The notes beneath the pieces are model-generated. The model was not told where the DNA came from and did not search any database. It saw only the letters and a program-made list of their open reading frames with translations. Positions 1 to 11,016 of a DNA stretch of 64,000 nt are shown one piece after another (position 1 is the stretch's first letter; the number at the start of each line of letters is the position of its first letter). Position numbers and translations under genes: made by a program. This DNA is from an uncultured Collinsella sp. GTDB lineage: Bacteria > Actinomycetota > Coriobacteriia > Coriobacteriales > Coriobacteriaceae. The stretch is from NCBI GenBank assembly GCA_900540985.1, contig UQIC01000007.1, positions 1,773 to 65,772 on the forward strand, written 5' to 3'.

Positions 1-535
1 GATGCGGGGGCTTCTGGGCCTGGGCTTCCCGCTTAGGCGCGCCTGGTGGGCCAAGGCGCTCTGGTGCCTCGCGCTTTGCACGCTCTCGAACCTCGTGGTC
101 TTCGGCATCTACCTCGCGGGCTCGGCGTTCTCCTCGCAGGGCCTCACGGCCGCGGGCACGCTCACGATGCTCCTCTGCGCGCTCGCCAACACGGTGACCG
201 CGGCGTGGATGATCCCCGCAGGGCTCTTCCTCACGGCGCGGCTCGGCATGCTCGCGGGCATCTTCTGCCCGCTCGCCGCGCAGCTCGTGGGTGGGTTCGC
301 CTGGTCGCTGATGCCGCTGCCGCAGCTCTTTCCGCCGTCGGCGAGCATGGTCATCCCCACGAGCTTTATCCCCGTGCTGCCGAGCGGCGAGCCACTCGCC
401 GCGGACATGGCGCTCGGCGGGGCGCTCGCGGCGGACGGCATGCTCACACTGGCGGGCCTTGCGGTCTGCGCGCTCGCGTTCACCGCGCTCACGGCGGCGG
501 GCGCGGCCTGGTTCGCGCGCTCCGAGGAGAGGTGA
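1..535 (+). CDS. ABC-2 type transporter permease, 5' partial (lantibiotic/bacitracin-immunity-type permease)
   Basis: Frame-2 ORF running from the window edge. It is hydrophobic with several predicted TM helices. Its stop TGA overlaps the ATG of the next permease (TGATG). Position is upstream of a two-component system. Confidence 0.5.
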   Translation, partial: MRGLLGLGFPLRRAWWAKALWCLALCTLSNLVVFGIYLAGSAFSSQGLTAAGTLTMLLCALANTVTAAWMIPAGLFLTARLGMLAGIFCPLAAQLVGGFAWSLMPLPQLFPPSASMVIPTSFIPVLPSGEPLAADMALGGALAADGMLTLAGLAVCALAFTALTAAGAAWFARSEER

Positions 536-1350
536 TGGCCGTGACACGACTCTCCGACCCGACGCCACGCATGACTCTCCCGCGGGCCCTGCTCTCCGAG
601 GCCCTGCGCCTGGCGCGCTCCCCGCTCACGGCGGTGCACCTCGTCTGCGGCCTGGCAGCCGGTCTTGCCTGCGGCGAGTACTTCTCCGTAACCCGATGGG
701 ACCCGGCGCTGGGCGCGGACGCCTACGCCCAGTTCCTCGGCGCCCTCATGCCGCTCATGTCCGCCATCGTCTGCGGGCTCGCAGTGGACGAGGAGCGCGC
801 TGCCGGGCACCTCGCCAACCTCACGGCGGTCCCCTCGCGCGGGCGCGCCGTCGCGGCGAAGTTGCTCGCCCTTGCGGCGCTCGGCGCGGGCGCGCTGGCC
901 GTGGCGCTCGGCGTGTTCGGGGCCGTGCTCGCCGTCGCCGGGCGCCTGCCGCTCGGGCCCGTTCCGCTTGCGGCCACCTGGGCGGGCATCGTGCTGGGCA
1001 GCCTGCCCCTCTACGCGCTGGGGCTCGACGTGGCCCTGCGCCTCGGCCGCAACGCCGCCATCGGCGCCGGCGCGACGGGGATGCTCCTCGCGTTCTTCTC
1101 AGTGGGCGGACTTGCGCACGGCCTCATGACCGGCGAGCTCACCGGTGCCCTGGCGACACCCCTGAGCTGGGTGCCGCTCGCCTGGCCCGCGCGCCTGGGG
1201 TCGCTCGGGGTAGAGGTCTTCATCGACGCCGCACGCGCGGCGGGCCCTCTCCTCACGACCGCGCTCGCTGGCCTCGTGCTCACCCTGGCAACCGCCGCCG
1301 TCCTTATCGCCTGGTTCTGCCGCTTCGAGGACGGGAGGGCAGATGAGTAG
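535..1350 (+). CDS. ABC-2 type transporter permease (6 predicted TM helices)
   Basis: In-frame ATG at 535, translationally coupled to the upstream permease. Protein is Ala/Leu/Gly-rich with repeated 20-aa hydrophobic segments. The first 489 nt of the 434-aa track ORF (46..534) are Arg-rich and look like a wrong-frame extension. Confidence 0.55.
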   Translation: MAVTRLSDPTPRMTLPRALLSEALRLARSPLTAVHLVCGLAAGLACGEYFSVTRWDPALGADAYAQFLGALMPLMSAIVCGLAVDEERAAGHLANLTAVPSRGRAVAAKLLALAALGAGALAVALGVFGAVLAVAGRLPLGPVPLAATWAGIVLGSLPLYALGLDVALRLGRNAAIGAGATGMLLAFFSVGGLAHGLMTGELTGALATPLSWVPLAWPARLGSLGVEVFIDAARAAGPLLTTALAGLVLTLATAAVLIAWFCRFEDGRADE

Positions 1351-1531
1351 GAAGCCGCTCGCCGCCGTGCTCGCCCTCCTCTCCGCAGCACTCGTCCTGG
1401 GCGGGAATGCCCTGCTCGACGCCGGCTGGGGGTCGGCGCTACGCTCGATCGCCGACCGCGCGCTGCCCAACCCTGAGATCACCATGTGGGCGCCCGTGCC
1501 CGCGGCTGCGCGCAGGGCTCTGGACCGCTGA
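1343..1531 (+). CDS. Small putative secreted/membrane-anchored protein (62 aa)
   Basis: GGGAGGG Shine-Dalgarno 3 nt before the ATG. N-terminus MSRKPLAAVLALLSAALVLGG resembles a signal peptide. It overlaps the permease stop by 8 nt, the last gene before the two-component system. Confidence 0.3.
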   Translation: MSRKPLAAVLALLSAALVLGGNALLDAGWGSALRSIADRALPNPEITMWAPVPAAARRALDR

Positions 1532-1576
1532 GCGCGGCGCTAGTACAATTCCGACGGGAGTTTCAGGAGGTCAAAC

Positions 1577-2239
1577 ATGGCGAGAATACTGGCAGTGGAT
1601 GATGAGCGGGCGATCCTCGACGCGCTCGCGCGCGTCCTCGGCCGCGACGGCCATGAGGTCGTCAAGGCAGCGGACCCGACGGCGGTCCCGGGGATGGACC
1701 TCTCGCGCTTCGACCTCGTGCTCTGCGACGTCATGATGCCGGGGCTCGACGGCTTCGAGCTCGTGCGGCAGATCCGCCCGGACTTCGACGGGCCCATCAT
1801 CTTCCTGACCGCGCGCGTGGCCGAGGAGGACGCCGTGGCCGGCTACGGCCTGGGCGCCGACGACTACGTCCGCAAGCCCTTCGGGGCCGCGGAGCTGCGC
1901 GCCAAGGTCGCGGCCCATCTACGCCGTGAGCGCCGGCCGCGCTCGCACGCCCTCTCCTTCGGGGAGGTGCGGATCGACCTCGGGGCGCGCGGCCTCGCCG
2001 TGGGCGGAGAGGCCGTGCCGCTCACGCCCACCGAATACGCCATCTGCGAGTACCTCGCCCGCCACCCCGGGCAGGTCATGAGCCGCGCGCAGATCCGCGA
2101 GGCAGTGCTCGGCTGGGAGAGCGACGCCGACGACGCGGCCATATCCATGCAGGTCAGCCGCGCCCGGAGAAAACTCTCCGAGGCCGGCGCCGATCCGATC
2201 GCGACCGTCTGGGGGATGGGATACAAATGGCAGCTCTGA
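1577..2239 (+). CDS. OmpR-family response regulator (REC + winged-helix)
   Basis: GGAGG RBS. Receiver motifs DDE...D...MPGLDGFEL...K and a C-terminal winged-helix trans_reg_C-like segment. Confidence 0.9.
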   Translation: MARILAVDDERAILDALARVLGRDGHEVVKAADPTAVPGMDLSRFDLVLCDVMMPGLDGFELVRQIRPDFDGPIIFLTARVAEEDAVAGYGLGADDYVRKPFGAAELRAKVAAHLRRERRPRSHALSFGEVRIDLGARGLAVGGEAVPLTPTEYAICEYLARHPGQVMSRAQIREAVLGWESDADDAAISMQVSRARRKLSEAGADPIATVWGMGYKWQL

Positions 2240-3663
2240 GGACCGGGGCGCGAGGTCGCGGGGGCATGCCGCTCTCCTTCGTCATCGCGCGCTACTTCGC
2301 CTACGCGTTCGCGGCGGTCGCCACGGCGTGGCTCGCATCGTTCATGGCGCTCTCCGCGGCGATCAACGCGGGCTTCGTCTACGAGGCAAGCTGGGGGCCG
2401 GCCAATGCGCGCGAGGTCGCGGAGGGTCTGGCACGCGACGGCGTCTGCGGGCAGCAGGACGTGCCGACGGCGTACCGCTACCTCATCCTGAATAAGGACG
2501 GATACGTGCTGATGACAGACCTCGAGGGCACGCGGCTCAAGGACGCGACGGAAATGGCCCGTGCGGCACTCGCCGCGAATCCGGGCACAGTGGAGATCGA
2601 GGGCGGGGGCTCGGGCCTCACCTACGCCGCGTTCCCGCTCAAGGGCGGCGGGGCCTGCGCACTCGTCAGCGAGTACCTGCCGCAGTGGGTCTCGCGCGAC
2701 CTCGCCGGCCTGCTTCCCAACCCGCAGAATCTCATGCTCGTCGGCGCCGCTGCGGGAAGCGCGCTCGTGCTCGCGCTCGTGGCGCGCCGCGCGAGCCGCG
2801 TGATCTCGCGCAAGATGGCGCCGCTCGCGGAGGCGGCGGGGCGCGTCGGCGCGGGGGAGCTCGACTTCGCGGTCGGCAGCACCAACGTGCGCGAGGTGAA
2901 CGACGTCCTCGCCGCGATGGACGCCATGCGGACCTCCCTCGCCGAGTCGCTCGAGGCCCGCTGGGCCGCGGAGCGGGGGCAACGCGAGCAGGTGGCGTCG
3001 CTCGCCCACGACCTCAAGACGCCGCTCACCGTGCTGCGCGCCAACGCCGACTTCGTGGCGGAGGAGCTGGAAGACGAGAAAGACGCCGACCTCGCGGCCG
3101 CCGCGCGCGACATAGCCGGCAGTGTCGAAAGGCTCGACGGCTACGTGCGCCTGCTCATCGATGCCTCGCGCGGGTCCGACGGGGCGGAGAGGGCCCCCAT
3201 GCGGCCGGCCGAGCTCTGCGAGCAGGTCCTCGCCGAGGCCGCCCAGATCGCCCGGGCGCGAGGCGTGACACTCGACGCGGCCACGGGCCCCGCTGTCGCG
3301 GGCGCGCCCGAGGCCCCGCTCGACCGAACCGCCCTGGCGCGGGCCGCCGCGAACCTCGTGGCCAACGCCGCCGAGCACGCGCGCTCGCGCGTGGCGGTCT
3401 CCTGCGACGTCGCGGACGGGCACCTCGTCATCGAGGTGTCCGACGACGGACCGGGCTTCTCTCCCGCCGCCCTCGAACGCGGCTGCGAGCGCCTCTTCAC
3501 AGACGACTCCTCCCGCTCCTCGCGCGACGGAGGCCGCCACTACGGGCTCGGCCTCCACGCCGCCTCCGAGGCCGCAAGCGCCCACGGGGGCTCCGTCTCG
3601 CTCGCCAACAGCCCCTCGGGCGGCGCGGTGGCCACCATCGCGGTCCCCCTGTGCGGGGCCTGA
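2227..3663 (+). CDS. Sensor histidine kinase
   Basis: N-terminal TM helices. H-box LAHDLKTPLTVL and an HATPase_c G-box HYGLGLH...GGSVSL. Overlaps the response-regulator stop by 13 nt. An alternative start is the Met at 2266. Confidence 0.85.
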   Translation: MAALRTGARGRGGMPLSFVIARYFAYAFAAVATAWLASFMALSAAINAGFVYEASWGPANAREVAEGLARDGVCGQQDVPTAYRYLILNKDGYVLMTDLEGTRLKDATEMARAALAANPGTVEIEGGGSGLTYAAFPLKGGGACALVSEYLPQWVSRDLAGLLPNPQNLMLVGAAAGSALVLALVARRASRVISRKMAPLAEAAGRVGAGELDFAVGSTNVREVNDVLAAMDAMRTSLAESLEARWAAERGQREQVASLAHDLKTPLTVLRANADFVAEELEDEKDADLAAAARDIAGSVERLDGYVRLLIDASRGSDGAERAPMRPAELCEQVLAEAAQIARARGVTLDAATGPAVAGAPEAPLDRTALARAAANLVANAAEHARSRVAVSCDVADGHLVIEVSDDGPGFSPAALERGCERLFTDDSSRSSRDGGRHYGLGLHAASEAASAHGGSVSLANSPSGGAVATIAVPLCGA

Positions 3664-3861
3664 CGACTCAGGCCCTCACAACGGCGTGGCTCGCAATCAA
3701 ACGCTTCCCGGATAATAATACCCGTTGCAGGGATCGCCCTGGCTAGTCGCCATCTCGTCCGCCGCTGGAATGAATCCTTACTCCCATTCCTCCGAATACC
3801 GCCCCATGCCTTGTCATCTTGAAACACGGGGAGTAAATGGCGAAATCGCAGATGAAAGGGA

Positions 3862-3912
3862 ATAAAAAGGCAAAGAAAAAGCCTCCATTCCAACATGGGA
3901 ACGGAGGCTCGA
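3862..3912 (-). terminator. Rho-independent terminator downstream of guaA
   Basis: Hairpin GCCTCCATTCC/GGAACGGAGGC with a T-run on the minus strand. Confidence 0.4.
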
Positions 3913-4023
3913 TAATTGAGTTTACTCACCAATGTCGCTGGCGGCTTTGCCGTGACTCTCGTACGAAACAAAACTCAGCGTCACAGTGCGGCACTCAAAA
4001 ATGCAGGTCAAAACCCTGTCGGC

Positions 4024-5622
4024 CTATTCCCACTCAATCGTCGCGGGCGGCTTGGACGTGATGTCGTAGCACACGCGGTTGGCGCCGGGGACCTCGGCAA
4101 CGATGCGGCCGGAGATGCGGGCCAGGACATCGTAAGGCAGTTTGGCCCAGTCGGCGGTCATGGCATCGCTGGACTCGACGGCACGCAGGATGATCGGGCG
4201 CTGGTAGGTGCGCTCGTCGCCCATAACGCCAACGGACTTGATGTCAGGCAGGACCGCGAAATACTGCCAGCAGCTGTGCTCGGAGTTGCGCTCGCCGGTC
4301 TGCTCAAACAGACGCTGGTTGTAGGCGTCGAGCTCCTCGCGCACGATAGCGTCGGCGTTCTTGAGGATCTCGAGCTTCTCCTTGTCGACCGCACCGATGA
4401 TGCGGATGGCCAGACCCGGGCCCGGGAAAGGCTGGCGGAACACGATGTGACCCGGCAGGCCGAGCGCCAGACCAAGCGCACGGACCTCGTCCTTAAAGAA
4501 GTGATCGAGCGGCTCAATGAGGTCGAAGTGCACGCCCTCGGGGAACGGGATCAGGTTGTGGTGGCTCTTGATGGTGGCCGTCTTGCCGCCCGTCTTGCGA
4601 GCGCCGGACTCGATGATGTCGGGGTAGATGGTACCCTGAGCCAGGTACTTGACCGGCTTGCCATCGGTCTCGAGCTGCTGCGCCACGGCGAAGAACTCTT
4701 TCCAGAACTGCGTACCGATGATGCGGCGCTTCTCCTCGGGCTCTGTCACACCGGCCAGAAGCTCGGCATAGCGGTCCTCGGCGTGGACGTGGATAAAGTC
4801 GACATCGAACTGCTTGGTGAAGACTTCCTCCACCTGCTCGGGCTCGCCCTTGCGCAGCAGACCGTGGTTGATGAACACGCAGGTCATCTGCTTGCCCACG
4901 GCGCGAGCGCCCAGCGCAGCCACGACGGAGGAGTCGACGCCACCGGACAGGGCCAGAATCACGCGGTCGTCGCCGACCTTCTCGCGGAACTCGGCCGTCA
5001 TGGTCTCGACCAGGTTGTCCATACTCCAGTTGGGCTCCAGGCCGCAGATCTCAAACAGGAAGTTGCTCAGCAGCTGCTGACCATACTCGGAGTGCTTGAC
5101 CTCGGGGTGGAACTGCGTGGTGAAAATCTTGCGCTCGACGCACTCCATGGCAGCAACCGGGCACACGTCAGTGCTGGCGGTAACGGTAAAGCCCTCGGGC
5201 ACCTCGGAAACGGCGTCGCGGTGGCTCATCCACACGGTCTGCTCCATGGGCGTGGAATTAAAGAGCTTGGCGCCGGCCGTGCGCGTGATGGTGGCGCGGC
5301 CGTACTCGCCCACCTCGGAGTGGCCGACCTTGCCGCCGAGCGTCACGGCCGTGATCTGATGGCCGTAGCAGAAGCCCAGGACGGGAAGGCCCAGGTCAAA
5401 GATGGCGGGATCGATAGACGGAGCGTCCTCGGCATACACGGAGGCCGGACCGCCAGAAAGGATGAGCGCAGAGGCGTTCATCTCGCGAATCTCATCGGCC
5501 GAGATGTCGCAGGGGACAATCTCGGAATACACGTTGAGGTCGCGGACGCGACGGGCAATGAGCTGACCGTACTGCGCACCAAAGTCGAGTACGAGGACCT
5601 TTGCGGAAGCCTTTTGATCCAT
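4024..5622 (-). CDS. guaA: GMP synthase (glutamine-hydrolysing)
   Basis: Class I GATase motifs (GFCYGHQ) followed by ATP-pyrophosphatase SGGVDSS and a GMP synthase C-terminal domain. Start chosen at MDQKAS, preceded by AGAGGGGG. The track ORF begins 36 nt earlier at a GTG. Confidence 0.95.
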   Translation of the reverse strand: MDQKASAKVLVLDFGAQYGQLIARRVRDLNVYSEIVPCDISADEIREMNASALILSGGPASVYAEDAPSIDPAIFDLGLPVLGFCYGHQITAVTLGGKVGHSEVGEYGRATITRTAGAKLFNSTPMEQTVWMSHRDAVSEVPEGFTVTASTDVCPVAAMECVERKIFTTQFHPEVKHSEYGQQLLSNFLFEICGLEPNWSMDNLVETMTAEFREKVGDDRVILALSGGVDSSVVAALGARAVGKQMTCVFINHGLLRKGEPEQVEEVFTKQFDVDFIHVHAEDRYAELLAGVTEPEEKRRIIGTQFWKEFFAVAQQLETDGKPVKYLAQGTIYPDIIESGARKTGGKTATIKSHHNLIPFPEGVHFDLIEPLDHFFKDEVRALGLALGLPGHIVFRQPFPGPGLAIRIIGAVDKEKLEILKNADAIVREELDAYNQRLFEQTGERNSEHSCWQYFAVLPDIKSVGVMGDERTYQRPIILRAVESSDAMTADWAKLPYDVLARISGRIVAEVPGANRVCYDITSKPPATIEWE

Positions 5623-5889
5623 GGTTCCCCCTCTTGTTGGCGGGGAGCCGGTGCCCACCCGCGTGAATGAACGAAAATAGCCTTCATAGTGTACACGTTA
5701 TATGGGGTTTCTCGCCCCTCGCAGCCATCAGCGCACGGCAAACGCACGACCTAGGCCCTTATTTGACGGCAATTGAAGTGTTACCAAACGTTACAGATGA
5801 TGTAATACGTTTGAACATTGGACGCCCTGTGCCACAATACTGCCGAACGACTCCGCCCTTGCGGCGGCAAATACGATAGGAATACCAGC

Positions 5890-6903
5890 ATGAAGCGCAT
5901 CCTTCTCATCGCCACGGGCGGCACCATCGCATCGACCGAGGACGGCAACGGCCTCTCCCCCGCCCTGACCGGTGAGGAGCTCGCCCAGAGCGTCCCCGAG
6001 ATCTCGGACCTCTGCGAGCTCGACGTGGTGCAGCCCATGAACATCGACAGCACCAATATGCGCCCGAGCGACTGGATGCGTATCCGCGACGTCATCGTCG
6101 AGGGCTATGCCGACCACGACGGGTTTGTGGTCCTGCACGGCACCGACACCATGAGCTACACCGCGGCGGCGCTTTCCTATCTGATTCAGGACAGCCCCAA
6201 GCCCATCGTGCTCACCGGCTCGCAAAAGCCCATGGGCAATCCCTTTACCGATGCCAAGCTCAATCTGTACCAGAGTCTGCTCTATGCGCTCGACGAGCAT
6301 TCGCACGACGTCTCGATCGTGTTTGGCGGCGTCGCCATTGCCGGCACGCGCGCCCGCAAGCAGCGCACCATGAGCTTTAACGCGTTCATTAGCGTCAACT
6401 ATCCGCCCATTGCCTACATCCGCAACGACCGCATCGTGCGCAACGGGCTCCACGGCACTCATCAGGGCGAAAACCCGGTGCGTTTCTACGACAGCATCGA
6501 CCCGCGCGTGTTTGTCCTTAAGCTTACGCCCGGCGTGAACCCGGGTATCCTGGACGCCCTAGCCGATAGCTACGATGCTGTAATTCTTGAGACCTTTGGC
6601 ATTGGCGGTATTCCCGAGTTTGGCGAGTCCGGCGAGTCATTCCAGGAGGCAATTTTCCGCTGGGTCGATTCGGGTCGCACCGTCGTTATGACCACGCAGG
6701 TCCCCGAAGAGGGCCTCGATCTGGGCGTTTATGAGGTCGGCCGCGCTTACGCCGATCATCCGGGCATTCTGCGCGGCGATGACATGACCACCGAGACGCT
6801 CGTGGCCAAAACCATGTGGGCACTCGGCCAGTCACGTGATGCGGCAGAGATTCAGCGCCTGTTCTACAGCCAAGTCAACCACGACCGCATCCCGATGGCG
6901 TAA
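5890..6903 (+). CDS. ansA: L-asparaginase, type I
   Basis: N-terminus MKRILLIATGGTIAS with catalytic TGGTIA. Motifs HGTDTM and LTGSQ are present. Confidence 0.85.
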   Translation: MKRILLIATGGTIASTEDGNGLSPALTGEELAQSVPEISDLCELDVVQPMNIDSTNMRPSDWMRIRDVIVEGYADHDGFVVLHGTDTMSYTAAALSYLIQDSPKPIVLTGSQKPMGNPFTDAKLNLYQSLLYALDEHSHDVSIVFGGVAIAGTRARKQRTMSFNAFISVNYPPIAYIRNDRIVRNGLHGTHQGENPVRFYDSIDPRVFVLKLTPGVNPGILDALADSYDAVILETFGIGGIPEFGESGESFQEAIFRWVDSGRTVVMTTQVPEEGLDLGVYEVGRAYADHPGILRGDDMTTETLVAKTMWALGQSRDAAEIQRLFYSQVNHDRIPMA

Positions 6904-7224
6904 TCCCTAAGGCAGTTCCACTTATCGCAGCCTCAAACGACAGGTGGTCCCCCTCGGGCCGTGCAAAAATCGGAGTATTCTGCAATTTCTCCGCCGGAGA
7001 CATAGAATCGGCCGATTGTTAGACGAACTTTTAGGGCGAAGAGGCCGTCTAGTAAATAATTATTCCACATTTTTATTTAGCGTGTGGATTATCTACTGTC
7101 AAAAAGGCAAAGCCAGCCGCTCGAGCTACCATCTACGGCCAAACTGGTGCTGAATACTCGCGATTTTGCACATCGCAACCTGGGGGACCCGCCCAAAGAG
7201 CGTCAAATACAGCGGGGGAACGCC

Positions 7225-7443
7225 CTATCCGATACCCTCGAGAAGCTCTGACACCGTCATGCCGAGTGCGGGCGCGATCTTAAATAGAACCTTGAGCGTG
7301 AAATTTGCCGTCCCATCTTCGATTCGGTCGAGGTAGGGTCGGCTGATTCCTGTCGCCACACAAAAATCGACCTTGGAGATACCAAGGTCCCTGCGTGTCT
7401 CTTCGACCCGCCTGCCAAGAATCTGTTTCGCACGTTCGTCCAT
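7225..7443 (-). CDS. XRE-family helix-turn-helix transcriptional regulator (72 aa)
   Basis: HTH_XRE pattern ...LGISKVDFCVATGISRPYLDRIEDG.... Confidence 0.8.
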   Translation of the reverse strand: MDERAKQILGRRVEETRRDLGISKVDFCVATGISRPYLDRIEDGTANFTLKVLFKIAPALGMTVSELLEGIG

Positions 7444-7472
7444 GCAGCCGAGTTTGAAATGGAGCCGAACAT

Positions 7473-7496
7473 AAACGTAAACTATAGTTTACGTTT
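7473..7496. promoter_or_regulatory. Perfect 24-bp palindrome AAACGTAAACTATAGTTTACGTTT, candidate operator
   Basis: Lies between the divergent XRE gene start (7443) and the ORF start at 7520. Confidence 0.5.
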
Positions 7497-7519
7497 TGCC
7501 GAATACACAGGAGTTTTCT

Positions 7520-7909
7520 ATGTCGGGTTCTTCGGTCCGCATGTACCGAGCCACGCTTCGCACAAACAGCGCACCGCCCAAGCTCGTCGTCGTTGAAGCA
7601 GAATGCCTTTCGCCCGATGAGCGCACGGCATTTGCATTGCTATCAAGTCGCGTCGCCGCCGTTCTGATCCCTTGCCCGGCGCAAGGTGAACTTGCCATCC
7701 AATGCCAAACGCACAGCTGCCCGCTCAATCAGGCTGCCGTAATCGCAACCAGCCAACGCGGCCTGCCGCTCCTTCTAGAAGCCGGCATCGCACTCGCCCT
7801 TCGTGGCGCCGGATACGAAAACGAGGCCGCCGCCGATATGGTCTTTAAACCACGATCGAGCGGCGGCCTCGCAGCAGCCATTGAATATATGTGCAGGCTC
7901 GTTGCCTAA
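7520..7909 (+). CDS. Hypothetical protein (129 aa, Cys-containing)
   Basis: AGGAG RBS 6 nt upstream. Divergent from the XRE regulator. No family recognised. Confidence 0.5.
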   Translation: MSGSSVRMYRATLRTNSAPPKLVVVEAECLSPDERTAFALLSSRVAAVLIPCPAQGELAIQCQTHSCPLNQAAVIATSQRGLPLLLEAGIALALRGAGYENEAAADMVFKPRSSGGLAAAIEYMCRLVA

Positions 7910-7918
7910 AAGGACAAG

Positions 7919-8302
7919 CTAGAAACCAAGGCCAAAGCCCGTTCCGGTAATCGCCGAGTACATAAAGTAAACGTTGACCACGTTGAGGAACACACCCGTG
8001 ATGCAACCGTTGCGCAGGTAGCGCTCGCACACGATGCGCGCCATGGCGGCGGAATCATCATTGTTTTTAGCCTGGCGTCCTGCCGTAAAGTACGTCGCCA
8101 CGCTCAGCAGCAGGTTGAGCACCGGCAGTGCCAGCAACTCGTAGCTCTTGCCCCAGCGCGTCGCCTCGCCGGCGGCATTAAACTTCGTTGCCACCTCGGG
8201 ACCAATGCTGGGAATCACAAACGCCGCTACCACCAGCGGAAGCACTGCAAGCACCAGCAGCGCGATGCCCATGTAGCCGGCTTTTTTGCCATATTTAAAC
8301 AT
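7919..8302 (-). CDS. DUF1648 (SdpI N-terminal-like) membrane protein
   Basis: TM helix followed by IPSIGPEVATKFNAAGEATRWGKS, resembling the DUF1648 IP.HFN..GE.D.WGSK signature. Confidence 0.55.
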   Translation of the reverse strand: MFKYGKKAGYMGIALLVLAVLPLVVAAFVIPSIGPEVATKFNAAGEATRWGKSYELLALPVLNLLLSVATYFTAGRQAKNNDDSAAMARIVCERYLRNGCITGVFLNVVNVYFMYSAITGTGFGLGF

Positions 8303-8313
8303 GCGCGTCGTCC

Positions 8314-9390
8314 TTACACGTTAAAGCGGAAGTGCACGACGTCGCCATCGGCCATGACATAGTCCTTGCCCTCAATACGCAGCTTGCCGGCGGCCTTGGC
8401 GCCCTGCTCGCCGCCGAGCTCGATGTAGTCGTCATAGCCAATGACCTCGGCCTTAATAAAGCCGCGCTCAAAGTCGGTGTGGATGACACCGGCGGCCTGC
8501 GGGGCGGTCGCGCCCTGACGAACCGTCCAGGCCTTGACCTCCATCTCGCCGGCCGTAAAGAACGACTGCAGGCCGAGCAGCTTGTAGGCAGCCTGAGCGA
8601 GCACGTCCAGGCCGGGCTGCTCCAGGCCCAGGCTTTCTAGGTAGTCGGCGGCGTCCTCGGGATCGAGCTCGGAAAGCTCGGCCTCGATCTTGGCGCAGAT
8701 CGGCAGCGGCTTGACGCCATCGATGGGCGCCAGGTCCTCGTTGAGCATGTCCTCGTCTACGTTGGCCACATACAGGATGGGCTTCATGGTGAGCAGGAAC
8801 AGGCCCTTGGCGGCGGCACGCTCCTCGTCGGTCATCTCCATTGATGCGGCGCGCTTGCCTTCGTTGAGCCAGGCAAGCAGGCGCTTAGCGACCTCGAACT
8901 TGGGCATGAGTTCCTTGTCGCGCTTGGCCTCCTTCTCGAGCTTGGGCAGCTGTTTCTCGAGCGTGCCCATGTCGGCCAGGATGAGCTCGGTCATGATGGT
9001 GTCGGCATCGCCGGCAGGATCGACGAACTCGCCCGTGCGGCCCACCTCACGCATGACGTTGGGGTCCTTAAAGTAGCGCACGACCTCGCAGATGGCATCG
9101 GTCTCGCGGATGTTTGCCAAGAACTGGTTGCCCAGACCCTCGCCCTCGTTGGCACCCTTCACCAGGCCCGCGATGTCGACAAACTCGACCGTAGCCGGCA
9201 CAATGCGGCCGGGGTTGACGATGTCGGCGAGCTTTTGCAGGCGGCTATCGGGCACATCGACGATACCCACGTTGGGGTCGATCGTGGCAAACGGGTAGTT
9301 GGCGGCAAGGCCGGTCTTTTTGGTAAGCGCGGTGAACAGCGTCGACTTGCCCACGTTGGGCAGGCCCACGATACCGATGGAAAGGGACAC
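8314..9390 (-). CDS. ychF: Ribosome-binding ATPase YchF
   Basis: G1 motif [12 protein letters not shown], a TGS domain and the YchF C-terminus ...[12 protein letters not shown] start preceded by AAAGGAG. The upstream part of the track ORF is Ser/Arg-rich junk. Confidence 0.9.
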   Translation of the reverse strand: MSLSIGIVGLPNVGKSTLFTALTKKTGLAANYPFATIDPNVGIVDVPDSRLQKLADIVNPGRIVPATVEFVDIAGLVKGANEGEGLGNQFLANIRETDAICEVVRYFKDPNVMREVGRTGEFVDPAGDADTIMTELILADMGTLEKQLPKLEKEAKRDKELMPKFEVAKRLLAWLNEGKRAASMEMTDEERAAAKGLFLLTMKPILYVANVDEDMLNEDLAPIDGVKPLPICAKIEAELSELDPEDAADYLESLGLEQPGLDVLAQAAYKLLGLQSFFTAGEMEVKAWTVRQGATAPQAAGVIHTDFERGFIKAEVIGYDDYIELGGEQGAKAAGKLRIEGKDYVMADGDVVHFRFNV

Positions 9391-9517
9391 GACAGCTCCT
9401 TTTGGTACAGGTACTTCAAACCGTATAAGTATAGCGCCGCCACAGCATCCGGGCGAATCCGGACACCGCGGCGGCGCAAATGAAGCAGAGATGCGTGAGA
9501 GTTCGAGACAGCAGTCC

Positions 9518-10888
<1,371 letters not shown>

Positions 10889-11016
10889 TCAATCCATCCC
10901 CGTACGCGGCCTGCACGGTTTGGAATTGTTACCTAGAAGTGGAGTTTTTTATCTCTAGAATCGGCCTTGCGGTGCATACCGGCTCTGCAAGGCCGATTGT
11001 TTCGATGGACGATGGT

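Noticed and set aside
46-534. N-terminal 163 codons of the 434-aa ORF and the overlapping 295-aa Arg-rich ORF (459..1346)
   Set aside because: Arg/Pro/Gly-rich alternative frames over a hydrophobic permease frame. The permease frame (2..535, then 535..1350) is coherent with the TM pattern.
2685-3746. 353-aa Arg/Gly-rich plus-strand ORF
   Set aside because: An alternative frame inside the histidine kinase gene.
3916-5670. 584-aa plus-strand ORF
   Set aside because: Entirely antisense to guaA, which has unambiguous GMP synthase motifs. Its composition is Gly/Ala/Val/Asp/Leu-rich with no motifs, which is typical of a GC-rich antisense frame.
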